Origin: Patescibacteria group bacterium
GTDB taxonomy: Bacteria > Patescibacteriota > Minisyncoccia > Portnoybacterales > GWB1-42-6
NCBI GenBank assembly: GCA_022709865.1
Contig: JAKLIA010000001.1
Span: 210,740-274,739, forward strand
DNA length: 64,000 bases
Direction: 5' to 3'
Below are positions 28,362 to 37,177 of this stretch, in pieces. The position numbers and the translations under genes are program-made. The notes under the pieces are model-generated. The model was given only the letters and a program-made list of their open reading frames with translations, did no database searches and had not been told where the DNA came from. Each line of letters begins with the position of its first letter. Position 1 is the stretch's first letter.

Positions 28362-30176
28362 ATGAAAACAGCAAAAAAACAAGAAGAAAAGAAGCCGGCT
28401 TCTTTTATCGAATATCTTGATTTTTATAAAAAAAATCTTAGGGTTTTTGAAGGCGAAAAGAATGAGGGCGTTGAAAAAGAAGTCAGAATTGCTTTTTTAT
28501 CCAGCTTTACAACCAATGGCTTTAAAGAGGTTTTATCGGCTAAATGCCATCAACTTGGCTTGTCTCCAAAAGTTTTTATTGGCGGATATAACCAATATTC
28601 GCAAGAGATATATGGCCAGTCAGGCGAGTTGTACGCGTTTAACCCGCAACTAATTATTTTGTTTATTGATATTAGGGCGATTGCTGGCGAATATTATTTA
28701 TTGCCGTATAGCCGGACAGAAAAGGAAAGGCAGGTTTGGGTTGAGGAAAAGAAAGAGGAAATAATCGCTTTAATTAAAAAAATAAAAGAAAAAAGTTCGG
28801 CCAAGATAGTGTTCCATAATTTTGAAGTTCCTTTTGAAAGCCCTCTTAAGATATTGGAGGTGAAAGAAAAATTCGGCTGGCGTGAAGCAGTAGAAAAACT
28901 TAACGAGAAAATTAGGGAGAGCTTTAAGAAGGATCATCAAGTTTTTGTTTTTGATTATAATAATTTTATTTCAAAAATAGGCAAATCAAATATTTTTAAT
29001 TCAAAACTTTATTATTTGGGCGATATAAAGTTCAATTTGGAATATTTGCCGGAGCTTTGCGAGGAATATATGGGATACGTTAAGCCCTTAAAATCTTTGA
29101 CAAAAAAATGCTTGGTTCTGGACCTGGACAACACTCTTTGGGGAGGAATTATCGGCGAAGACGGGCTTAATGGGATAAAATTAGGGCCGACTCCAGAAGG
29201 CCGGCCGTTTTGGGAGTTTCAAAAATATATATTGTCGCTTCATAATCAAGGAGTTATTTTAGCGATAAATAGCAAAAACAACCCAGCCGACGCCTTGGAG
29301 GTGTTAAGAAAACATCCTTATTCTATTTTGAAAGAAGAACATTTTGCCTCTATCCAAATAGATTGGGATGATAAAGTCGCTAAGATGAAAAAGATTTGCC
29401 AAGAGATAAATATCGGCTTGGATAGCCTGGTTTTTATTGATGATGATAAAGCTAACAGAGAAATGGTCAAAGCTGCTTTGCCCGAAGTTTCGGTTGTGGA
29501 AATGCCAGAAGACCCAGCCGCCTATCTTAAAAAGCTGGAATCGATAACTGATTTTAACCGGCTTGAAATAACAGAAGAGGATAAAAAAAAGGGGAAAATG
29601 TATGGAGAAGAGAGAAAGCGGCTGGAGCTTCAAAAGGCGGCGTCTAATTTAGGCGAATATTTAAAAAGCTTGGAAATCAAAATAACGATAAAAAAAGCAG
29701 ATAAGTTTAATTTGCCGCGGATTGCCCAATTAATTAATAAAACCAATCAATTCAACACAACAACTATCCGTTATTCGGAAGAGGAAGTGGAAAAAATATC
29801 TAAAGATAAAAAATATTGGATTTTGTCGGTGGCGGCTGAAGACCGGTTTGGCGATAACGGAATAGTCGGAGTGGCTATAATTAAAAAGGAAGAGACGAAG
29901 ATATGGGAAATAACTTCTTTTTTATTGAGCTGTCGCGTTATTGGGAAGGAAATTGAAAGGGCAATCCTAGCTTTTATTATGAAAAATGCAAATAAAGCTC
30001 GGGCAAGTTTAGTTGCAGGCAATTTTGTTAAAACAGCTAAAAATGCGCCAGCGGCAGATTTTTTCAAAAAAAACGGGTTTAAACTCGTGGGAAGCGATAA
30101 GGGGCAGGAAAGATGGGAGCGCAAGGCAGATAGCGTTTTATTGCCGCCAAATTTTATTAAAATAAAAGAAAAATAA
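28362..30176 (+). CDS. FkbH-like / HAD-IIIC phosphatase-family protein with a C-terminal GNAT-like domain
   Basis: The central CLVLDLDNTLWGGIIGEDG is the hallmark HAD motif I of FkbH-like domains (glyceryl-ACP forming enzymes). The C-terminal about 150 aa look GNAT-like. About 240 aa at the N-terminus are unassigned. Confidence 0.6.
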   Translation: MKTAKKQEEKKPASFIEYLDFYKKNLRVFEGEKNEGVEKEVRIAFLSSFTTNGFKEVLSAKCHQLGLSPKVFIGGYNQYSQEIYGQSGELYAFNPQLIILFIDIRAIAGEYYLLPYSRTEKERQVWVEEKKEEIIALIKKIKEKSSAKIVFHNFEVPFESPLKILEVKEKFGWREAVEKLNEKIRESFKKDHQVFVFDYNNFISKIGKSNIFNSKLYYLGDIKFNLEYLPELCEEYMGYVKPLKSLTKKCLVLDLDNTLWGGIIGEDGLNGIKLGPTPEGRPFWEFQKYILSLHNQGVILAINSKNNPADALEVLRKHPYSILKEEHFASIQIDWDDKVAKMKKICQEINIGLDSLVFIDDDKANREMVKAALPEVSVVEMPEDPAAYLKKLESITDFNRLEITEEDKKKGKMYGEERKRLELQKAASNLGEYLKSLEIKITIKKADKFNLPRIAQLINKTNQFNTTTIRYSEEEVEKISKDKKYWILSVAAEDRFGDNGIVGVAIIKKEETKIWEITSFLLSCRVIGKEIERAILAFIMKNANKARASLVAGNFVKTAKNAPAADFFKKNGFKLVGSDKGQERWERKADSVLLPPNFIKIKEK

Positions 30177-30177
30177 T

Positions 30178-30411
30178 ATGGAATTAAAAAAAATATTCGC
30201 CAAAGTTATAGGCATTAATGAATCAGGTGTCTCTGGCAGTTTATCTAGAAAGAATACTGTGGAATGGGATTCTATTAACCACCTGCTTTTAGTGAGCGAG
30301 ATAGAAAAAGAATTGAAGATAACTATGACCATGAAAGAGGTGGAGGAAGTAAAAAATTATAAAGAGCTCGATTTGATAGTTAAGAGCCGCAGCCAAAAAA
30401 ATAAAAAATAA
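30178..30411 (+). CDS. Acyl carrier protein
   Basis: 77 aa, with an EWDSINHLLLVSEIE phosphopantetheine-attachment serine context (DS). The start is 2 nt after the FkbH-like stop. Confidence 0.7.
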   Translation: MELKKIFAKVIGINESGVSGSLSRKNTVEWDSINHLLLVSEIEKELKITMTMKEVEEVKNYKELDLIVKSRSQKNKK

Positions 30412-30414
30412 AAG

Positions 30415-31284
30415 ATGATCCTTTATTTGAACGAAAATAAAGCTATTTCTGGTGAAGATTTTTTAGGGGCTTTGCAGCAATTGGGCGTGCAGCAGGGAGA
30501 TGTTTTGTTCGTCCATTCGGATGTTTCGGTTTTTGGCAAATTGGCCACAGAGGGGAAAAACGAGTTGCTAGAAGCATTAGCAGGCGTTTTTAAAAAGGCT
30601 GTCGGGGAAAACGGCACGATAATTATGCCAACTTTTTCATATAGTTTTTATCATGGCAAAGTTTTTGATGTTGAAAAAACGCGGTCGGAAGTAGGTATTT
30701 TAACGGAATATTTCAGAAAACAAGAGGGAGTTATTCGGACGGCTCAACCCAATCACTCTGTGGCTATATTTGGAAAAAAGAAAAACGAGCTGGCAAAAGT
30801 GGGAATAGACTGCTTTGACGGCAACTCTATTTTTGGAAAAATGAGAGAGGCGGGCGGTAAAATAGTTATTTTTGGCGCCCCGTTCCTTTCCTGCACTTTT
30901 ATTCACTCCATAGAGCAGGCCCACGGAGTGCCTTATCGGTATCTAAAAACTTTTTATGGCACAATTATAAATAAAGGAGCTGCTAAAAAAGAGAGAAGCA
31001 CTTTTTATGTGCGCCGTTCTGAAAATAAGATAAAGACAGATCTTTCAAGGCTAGAAAGTTATTTGCTTGAAAATGGCTTTATGAAAGAAACAAAATTAGG
31101 TAATGGGAAAATTATGGTTGTGGATGCAAATACTTTGTTTAGGGAAGGCATGAAGATGCTGGATAAAGATATTAATTTTTTTGTTAGAATTATTCCCGTG
31201 AGCAAGGCAGCTGATATTATTTTTTATTTTAGGCGCTTCTTAGGAAATATAAAAATACAAGTAAAAAACTTTTTAATTAAATAA
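30415..31284 (+). CDS. AAC(3)-family (Antibiotic_NAT fold) N-acyltransferase
   Basis: GDVLFVHSDVSVFGKL...IIMPTFSYSF...HSIEQAHGVPYRY is the aminoglycoside 3-N-acetyltransferase family signature. Here it is embedded in a nonulosonic acid pathway. Confidence 0.6.
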   Translation: MILYLNENKAISGEDFLGALQQLGVQQGDVLFVHSDVSVFGKLATEGKNELLEALAGVFKKAVGENGTIIMPTFSYSFYHGKVFDVEKTRSEVGILTEYFRKQEGVIRTAQPNHSVAIFGKKKNELAKVGIDCFDGNSIFGKMREAGGKIVIFGAPFLSCTFIHSIEQAHGVPYRYLKTFYGTIINKGAAKKERSTFYVRRSENKIKTDLSRLESYLLENGFMKETKLGNGKIMVVDANTLFREGMKMLDKDINFFVRIIPVSKAADIIFYFRRFLGNIKIQVKNFLIK

Positions 31285-31288
31285 AAAT

Positions 31289-32329
31289 ATGAAAAACTTT
31301 ATAAAAATTGGCAAAAGAAAAATTGGGGCGGATTTTGCGCCGTTTGTTATTGCGGAAATTGGCATCAATCATAATGGCAGCATGGCTAAAGCAAAAAAAA
31401 TGATAGACGATGCTTATAAGGCTGGAGCTGAATGCATTAAGTTCCAATGCCATGTGGTTGAAGACGAAATGGTGCCAATAGCCAAAAAAATAATTCCCGG
31501 CCACGCCAAAGAATCTATCTGGGATATTATGAAAAAAGCAGCTTTCAACGAGGCTCAAGAAAGGGAATTAAAAAAATACACGGAAAAATTAGGAATGCTG
31601 TATTTGAGCACGCCTTTTTCCCGGGCTGGCGCTGATCGGTTGCAGTCTATGGGGGTTGAGGCTTTTAAAATTGGCTCGGGAGAGTGCAATAATTATCCTC
31701 TTATTAAGCATATTGCTAGATTCGGAAAGCCAATTATTTTGAGCACCGGCATGAATGATATTAAAGCAATCAGCCGAAGCGTTGGTATTCTGCGCCAGCA
31801 CAAGGTTCCTTTTGCGTTGCTTCACTGCACCTCAATGTATCCGGTGCCTTATAATAAAGTTCGCTTAGGGGCTATTTCTCAGTTGCAGAAAGAGTTTTCT
31901 GATGCGGTAGTTGGGTTAAGTGACCATTCTTTGGGCAATTACACCTGCTATGCAGCAGTGGCGCTGGGAGCTTCGATTCTAGAAAAACATTTTACCTCGT
32001 CTCATAAATGGGAAGGGCCGGATATTGCTTTGTCCATTGATCCTGCTCAGCTTAAAGATTTAGTTTCTGGCTCCAAAGCCGTCTACGAAGCCTTAGGCGG
32101 GCAGAAGGATATTCTAAAAGAAGAAAAGGGGATTATAGATTTTGCTTATGCTTGTGTGATCACAACAAAAGACATAAAAAAAGGAGAATCTTTTACTAAC
32201 AAAAATATTTGGGTTAAGCGGCCGGGGACAGGAGAAATAAAAGCTGTTGAATATGATAGTGTCTTAGGCCGCAAGGCTAGCCAAGATATAAAAAAAGATG
32301 AACAATTAAAATATAAAGAAATAATTTAG
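31289..32329 (+). CDS. neuB: Nonulosonic acid synthase (NeuB/PseI/LegI family: N-acetylneuraminate / pseudaminate / legionaminate synthase)
   Basis: IIAEIGINHNGSMAKAKKMIDDAYKAGAECIKFQ plus a C-terminal SAF domain. Confidence 0.85.
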   Translation: MKNFIKIGKRKIGADFAPFVIAEIGINHNGSMAKAKKMIDDAYKAGAECIKFQCHVVEDEMVPIAKKIIPGHAKESIWDIMKKAAFNEAQERELKKYTEKLGMLYLSTPFSRAGADRLQSMGVEAFKIGSGECNNYPLIKHIARFGKPIILSTGMNDIKAISRSVGILRQHKVPFALLHCTSMYPVPYNKVRLGAISQLQKEFSDAVVGLSDHSLGNYTCYAAVALGASILEKHFTSSHKWEGPDIALSIDPAQLKDLVSGSKAVYEALGGQKDILKEEKGIIDFAYACVITTKDIKKGESFTNKNIWVKRPGTGEIKAVEYDSVLGRKASQDIKKDEQLKYKEII

Positions 32330-32332
32330 AGC

Positions 32333-33493
32333 ATGAAAAACAACAAAAAACGTAAAATCTTATTTATTACCGAGCGGCGGACCGATTACAGCCGCTTGAA
32401 ACCAATAATGGAAGCGGTGCAGAAAAGCGAAAAATTAGAATTGCAGCTTTTGCTTACCGGCATGCATCTTTTGAAAAGCTTTGGCGAAACAAAAAAAACC
32501 GTTGAGGCGGACGGTTTTAAAATTGATGCAGTTTTGCCAATTTTTAAAGAAAACGACAAAGATGACGCTTCATCGATGGTTAAGGGTTTGGGCAGGGCCT
32601 TGTTGGGTATGCCGGATATTTTTAAAAAAATGGAGCCGGATATTCTATTTGCCGGTTTTGACATCGGGGCTAATTTTGCGGCAGCGATCACGGCGATGCA
32701 TTTAAATATCCATGTTGCGCATTTGGAAGGCGGAGAGCGTTCAGGAACGATTGATGAAGTTATTCGCCACGCCATAACAAAGTTTTCCCATATACACTTT
32801 GCTTGTTCAGCCCAAAGCGCTAAGCGTATTATCAAATTAGGCGAGGATAAGCAACATGTTTTTAATGTTGGCGTGCCAAGCATCGAAACGATCAGGAATA
32901 TTAAATACGAAGATAAAATTGATATTTGCCGGAAATATAGATTAGACCCAAGCAAAAAAATAATAATTTTTTTGCAGCATCCCGTTACGACTGAAATTAA
33001 TGAGGTTCAATCCCAAATTAAAAAAAGCGTAGAGGCAATCAAGGCAGTGAATAAAAAACACGAGACGCAATCAATAGCGATCTATTCAAATAATGATGCC
33101 GGCGGCAGAAAAATAGTTTCTTTTTTGAACCAATCAGGGTTAAAAGTTTTTTCCCATATTCTTCACGAAGATTTTTTGCGCTTAATGAAAGTTGCCGATG
33201 TTTTGGTCGGCAATTCTAGCTCGGCTATTCATGAGGCGCCGTCTTTCGGTTTGCCGGCGGTTAATATCGGCAGTCGCCAGCAATTCCGCGAGCGGGGCTG
33301 CAATATAATCGATGCAGGCAATAATCAGCCTCAAATTGTGGTGGCGATAGAAAAGGCGTTATTTGATGAACTGTTCCTTAAAAAGGTAAGGCGCTGCCAG
33401 AATCCCTACTATCAGCCGGATTCAGTTAAAAAAATAATTAAGATCTTAGAAACAATTAAATTGCCGTCAATTCAAAAAGTGATAAAATATTAA
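32333..33493 (+). CDS. neuC: UDP-N-acetylglucosamine 2-epimerase, hydrolysing (NeuC/LegG type)
   Basis: HLEGGERSGTIDEVIRHAITK is the hydrolysing-epimerase signature. Confidence 0.75.
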   Translation: MKNNKKRKILFITERRTDYSRLKPIMEAVQKSEKLELQLLLTGMHLLKSFGETKKTVEADGFKIDAVLPIFKENDKDDASSMVKGLGRALLGMPDIFKKMEPDILFAGFDIGANFAAAITAMHLNIHVAHLEGGERSGTIDEVIRHAITKFSHIHFACSAQSAKRIIKLGEDKQHVFNVGVPSIETIRNIKYEDKIDICRKYRLDPSKKIIIFLQHPVTTEINEVQSQIKKSVEAIKAVNKKHETQSIAIYSNNDAGGRKIVSFLNQSGLKVFSHILHEDFLRLMKVADVLVGNSSSAIHEAPSFGLPAVNIGSRQQFRERGCNIIDAGNNQPQIVVAIEKALFDELFLKKVRRCQNPYYQPDSVKKIIKILETIKLPSIQKVIKY

Positions 33494-33497
33494 AATT

Positions 33498-34364
33498 ATG
33501 CGTATTTTATTAATTGGGGGCAGAGGTTTTATTGGTGAATATCTATTGGAAAGTTTAAAAAGCCAGCCTAATTGCGAGGTGGTGGTAGCTTGTCTTAAGG
33601 CGCCAAGAATTAAAAAAGACAAGAATATAACTTTTCAAGAAATCAATTTAGAGAAAAATAAAGAAGGATTAACCCAATTAATGAAGAGTGCAGAAACAGC
33701 AGTTGTCTTAACTAGGCCAAACAAGCAGATAATAAATAATTTGATCCTTGCCGGGCGGGCTTCAAAATCTTTAAAGAAAATAGTTTATCTTTCTAGCCTT
33801 TTGGTTTATCCTAGCGTTAATAGGCCGCAAAATGAAAATAGCCGTTTGGCACCCCTAACTGATTACGAAAAAGACAAATACGAAGAAGAAAAAATACTCG
33901 CTTTTTTTGCTAAAAAGAAAAATATAAAGTTTTGCATCGCGAGAATTGCTAATGTTTACGGTGATATTAAAAACAGCGGGATGATAAACTTGATCTCCTT
34001 GGCTTTATTAAAAAAACAGCCTTTAAATATAAATGGCGACGGTAGCCAGACAAGAGATTACATTTTTGTTGAAGATGTAGCCAATCTTTTGTCATTTTTA
34101 GTTTTATTTAAACAAAAAAAACAGCAAGAAGTTTTTAATATTTGCACCGGCTTGGGTTCAACTATTAAAGAAATAGTAAGAGCAGCAGAAAAAATAGCGA
34201 AGCGAAAAGCCAATTTAATTTTTAGTCAGCCGATTTTGGAAAAACAAACAATTGTTGGCAATAATAAAAAGATTTTAAGTCTTTCTGGATATAAGTTAAA
34301 ATACGATATAGGGAAGGGGCTTAGAAAAACTTTAAATAATTATAAGAAACATTTAATTAAATAA
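33498..34364 (+). CDS. NAD-dependent epimerase/dehydratase (SDR)
   Basis: MRILLIGGRGFIGEYL Rossmann motif. 288 aa. Confidence 0.65.
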   Translation: MRILLIGGRGFIGEYLLESLKSQPNCEVVVACLKAPRIKKDKNITFQEINLEKNKEGLTQLMKSAETAVVLTRPNKQIINNLILAGRASKSLKKIVYLSSLLVYPSVNRPQNENSRLAPLTDYEKDKYEEEKILAFFAKKKNIKFCIARIANVYGDIKNSGMINLISLALLKKQPLNINGDGSQTRDYIFVEDVANLLSFLVLFKQKKQQEVFNICTGLGSTIKEIVRAAEKIAKRKANLIFSQPILEKQTIVGNNKKILSLSGYKLKYDIGKGLRKTLNNYKKHLIK

Positions 34365-34373
34365 ATAAAAAAT

Positions 34374-35423
34374 ATGTCAAACAAAGAACTGTTAAAAGAG
34401 TTTAAGGATAAAAAAATATTAGTTACCGGAGGAACCGGCTCGATCGGATCGGTTATAATAGAAGAGCTTTTAAAATATCAGCCGCGGCAGATACGCGTTT
34501 TTAGCCGGGACGAGACCAAGCAATTCGAACTTTCACACAGGCTTGGCCAAGGCGCTCCTGTTACTTATCTTATCGGGGATATTAGGGATAAAGACAGGCT
34601 CAATTTAGCTATGGAAGGCATAGATATAGTTTTCCATGCGGCTGCTTTAAAGCATGTTTTAGCCTGCGAGCAAAATCCTTTTGAAGCAGTTAAAACTAAT
34701 GTTAATGGCACACAGAATGTTATTGATTGCGCTTTTGCCAATCAGGTTGATAAAGTTGTTTCTATATCAACAGATAAAGCCACGAACCCGACCAATATTA
34801 TGGGTTGCACGAAGCTGTTGGCTGAAAAATTGCTATTAACCACGTTTTTTTACAAAGGCAAGAAAAAAACAAAGTTTTGCTGTGTGCGCTTCGGCAATGT
34901 TCTTGGAGCAAGGGGTTCGGTGATACCATTATTTGCCAGCCAAATTAAAAAGGGAAAGCAGGTGACTGTTACTGATCCAGATATGACCAGGTTTGTGATG
35001 TCTATTCCTCAGGCTGTTAATTTGGTGTTATGCGCCGCTTCTTTAGTGCAAGACAGGGAAATATTTATTTTAAAAATGCCGGTGGCAACTACCGGTGATA
35101 TTGCCCAAGCAATGATCGAGCTTGGCCAAGAAAAGTTAAAAAATAAAGATAAAATTGATATAAAAATTGTTGGCAAGAAAGACGGAGAGCGATTGCACGA
35201 AAAGCTTTTGACCATAGAAGAATCTGTTCTGGCCATGGAAACAAAGGATATGTTTATTGTGCTGCCCGATATAAAATTAGCGCCACATCTTCCAAACTAT
35301 ACTCCCGTAAAATATCCGGGCGCCAGCAAGGCTAAGGTTATGGAATATAATACGCAGATGCAAGAAAAATTAAGTGTCAAGGAAATAAAGCATTTGCTAG
35401 AAGAAGTTAAGCCGTTTAAATAA
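34374..35423 (+). CDS. UDP-GlcNAc 4,6-dehydratase (PseB/LegB/CapD-like, Polysacc_synt_2)
   Basis: ILVTGGTGSIGS...FHAAALKHV...STDKATNPTNIMGCTKLLAEK is the canonical CapD/PseB signature. Confidence 0.8.
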   Translation: MSNKELLKEFKDKKILVTGGTGSIGSVIIEELLKYQPRQIRVFSRDETKQFELSHRLGQGAPVTYLIGDIRDKDRLNLAMEGIDIVFHAAALKHVLACEQNPFEAVKTNVNGTQNVIDCAFANQVDKVVSISTDKATNPTNIMGCTKLLAEKLLLTTFFYKGKKKTKFCCVRFGNVLGARGSVIPLFASQIKKGKQVTVTDPDMTRFVMSIPQAVNLVLCAASLVQDREIFILKMPVATTGDIAQAMIELGQEKLKNKDKIDIKIVGKKDGERLHEKLLTIEESVLAMETKDMFIVLPDIKLAPHLPNYTPVKYPGASKAKVMEYNTQMQEKLSVKEIKHLLEEVKPFK

Positions 35424-35433
35424 AATAATTTTT

Positions 35434-36114
35434 ATGAAGATTTTAGCAATAATTCCAGCCAGAGGCGGCTCAAAAGGCATTCCGCATAAGAATGTATATC
35501 CTTTAGCGGGCAAGCCCCTTTTGGCATGGACTATAGAGGCGGCAAAATCGGTAAGGCTTATAGATAAAATTGTGGTATCATCGGACGACGATAAGATTTT
35601 AAGCGTGGCAAAAGAATACGGCGCCGAAGCGATTAAAAGGCCGGATGAGATTTCTGGTGATGATTCCCCATTCAGCTCTTTAATTTTTCATGCGCTAGAT
35701 TTTTTAAAAGCAGAGGGAGAATATATGCCGGACATTCTAATTTATCTTCAACCAACTTCTCCTCTTAGGAAAGCAGGGGATATTGATCAGGCGTTAGCCT
35801 TAATGGACGAAGAAGCAGACGGCGTTATAAGCGCCTACGAAGTTGATAATAAATCATTAAAATCATTTATTGTTAATGATGATGGTTTTATGGAGGGGGC
35901 CGTTAATAGTAGCTTCCCCTTTATGAATCGCCAGGATTTGCCAAAGATCTATATGCCTAACGGAGCGATCTATATAATCAAAACAAAATCTTTTTTGAAA
36001 ACCGGAAAATTATTTTCTAAAAAAACAAAGCTTTTTTTAATGGATGAAAGTAAAAGCTTAGATATAGATTCTGTAGAAGACATAAAGAAGGCGGAAGATA
36101 TATTAAGAAAATAA
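35434..36114 (+). CDS. neuA: Acylneuraminate (nonulosonate) cytidylyltransferase
   Basis: ILAIIPARGGSKGIPHKNV...GKPLLAWTIE is the CMP-NeuAc synthetase family signature. Confidence 0.85.
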   Translation: MKILAIIPARGGSKGIPHKNVYPLAGKPLLAWTIEAAKSVRLIDKIVVSSDDDKILSVAKEYGAEAIKRPDEISGDDSPFSSLIFHALDFLKAEGEYMPDILIYLQPTSPLRKAGDIDQALALMDEEADGVISAYEVDNKSLKSFIVNDDGFMEGAVNSSFPFMNRQDLPKIYMPNGAIYIIKTKSFLKTGKLFSKKTKLFLMDESKSLDIDSVEDIKKAEDILRK

Positions 36115-36135
36115 AGTAAAAATATATACAAAAAT

Positions 36136-36402
36136 ATGGAAATTGCTAAGGCAGAGAAAATTTTAAAAGCTTTAGCTAACCGTCGCCGGCTTAAAATATT
36201 AAAGTATATTAAAGATGGCAAAAGGGCATCGGTAACCGAGTTAGCGGGATATCTTAAAATTTCTTTTAAGGCAACTTCTAAGCATTTAGCAATTTTGAAA
36301 AATAACGATTTAGTTGAGTCAGAACAAATAGGTTTATCAATTTTTTACGGCTTATCTTCATCGTTACCCAAAATAGTAGAGGAAACGCTTTCTTTTATTT
36401 AA
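36136..36402 (+). CDS. ArsR/SmtB-family transcriptional regulator
   Basis: 88-aa winged HTH (LANRRRLKILKYI...VTELAGYLKISFKATSKHLAILKNNDLV). Confidence 0.7.
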   Translation: MEIAKAEKILKALANRRRLKILKYIKDGKRASVTELAGYLKISFKATSKHLAILKNNDLVESEQIGLSIFYGLSSSLPKIVEETLSFI

Positions 36403-36403
36403 T

Positions 36404-36445
36404 CTATTGTATTGAACAATTCGAGCGAATGATTCAATACAATAG
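36404..36445. promoter_or_regulatory. Perfect 13-bp inverted repeat (ctattgtattgaa / ttcaatacaatag) with a 16-nt spacer, immediately after the arsR-like stop
   Basis: Exact reverse complements read directly at 36404-36416 and 36433-36445. No T-tract follows, so it looks more like an operator or structured element than a simple terminator. Confidence 0.3.
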
Positions 36446-36581
36446 ACAGTCTTATCCACAGGGAAAGGTTTGCTTAGTTCTAATTAGGTTTATAATATAA
36501 GTAAGGTTTTGATATAACTCCAGCCCTAGAAGTAGGGGCGGGGTTATTTTTTTAAAAATAGTAAAAAATAAAACTAAAAAT

Positions 36582-37106
36582 ATGAAGAAAAAAATATTGG
36601 GATTATTTGTGCTGTTCGTTGTCATCGCCGCTTTTTTTGGCGGCTTCTATTTCTATAAAATCTGGTGGCCGGAAAAGCAGCTTAAAATTGATAATGGCTT
36701 GGCAGAGTCTAAGTTTCCCTGGCGGAATTATACCGATGCGGAGCTGGAGGCAATGTATCCGCAAATCAAAAACGCTGCTATCCCAACGCGCACTACCCCG
36801 GAACAAACTTATGCTAGTTTCCGCGAGGCATTAAGGACTAATAATTTAGAATTGGCGGTAGCACAGCTATATGAAGAGGGAAAAAGATATGAAGAAAATT
36901 CACAATTTTTAGAAGATGAATATGCAGCTAGTAGATTTAAAGAGCTTTATGGTCATTATTCAGAAAAGATAATGAGGGCAAACATGTATGAAGCAATAGC
37001 TCAGTATGAATATAGCTATTTTTCAAAAAAATATAGCCAAGATTTAATAGGCACTATTGATTTTACAAAAAATACATCCGGTGATTGGAAGATGGATAGT
37101 CTATAG
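36582..37106 (+). CDS. Membrane-anchored hypothetical protein
   Basis: N-terminal transmembrane helix (ILGLFVLFVVIAAFFGGFYFY), then a 150-aa soluble domain. It sits directly upstream of the giant secreted protein. Confidence 0.4.
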   Translation: MKKKILGLFVLFVVIAAFFGGFYFYKIWWPEKQLKIDNGLAESKFPWRNYTDAELEAMYPQIKNAAIPTRTTPEQTYASFREALRTNNLELAVAQLYEEGKRYEENSQFLEDEYAASRFKELYGHYSEKIMRANMYEAIAQYEYSYFSKKYSQDLIGTIDFTKNTSGDWKMDSL

Positions 37107-37177
37107 AATAAGAACCATAAAATAATAAGGGTCTAAAAATCTTTGTCTTGCTATAGTAGGGCTTAGAACAATAAGTA

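Noticed and set aside
36403-36581. A tRNA or other RNA gene in the larger intergenic regions (36403-36581, 18617-18743, 45048-45180, 49681-49816).
   Set aside because: No cloverleaf-compatible segments and no T-loop GTTCRANYC-like motif were found by eye. The structures present are simple hairpins or inverted repeats.
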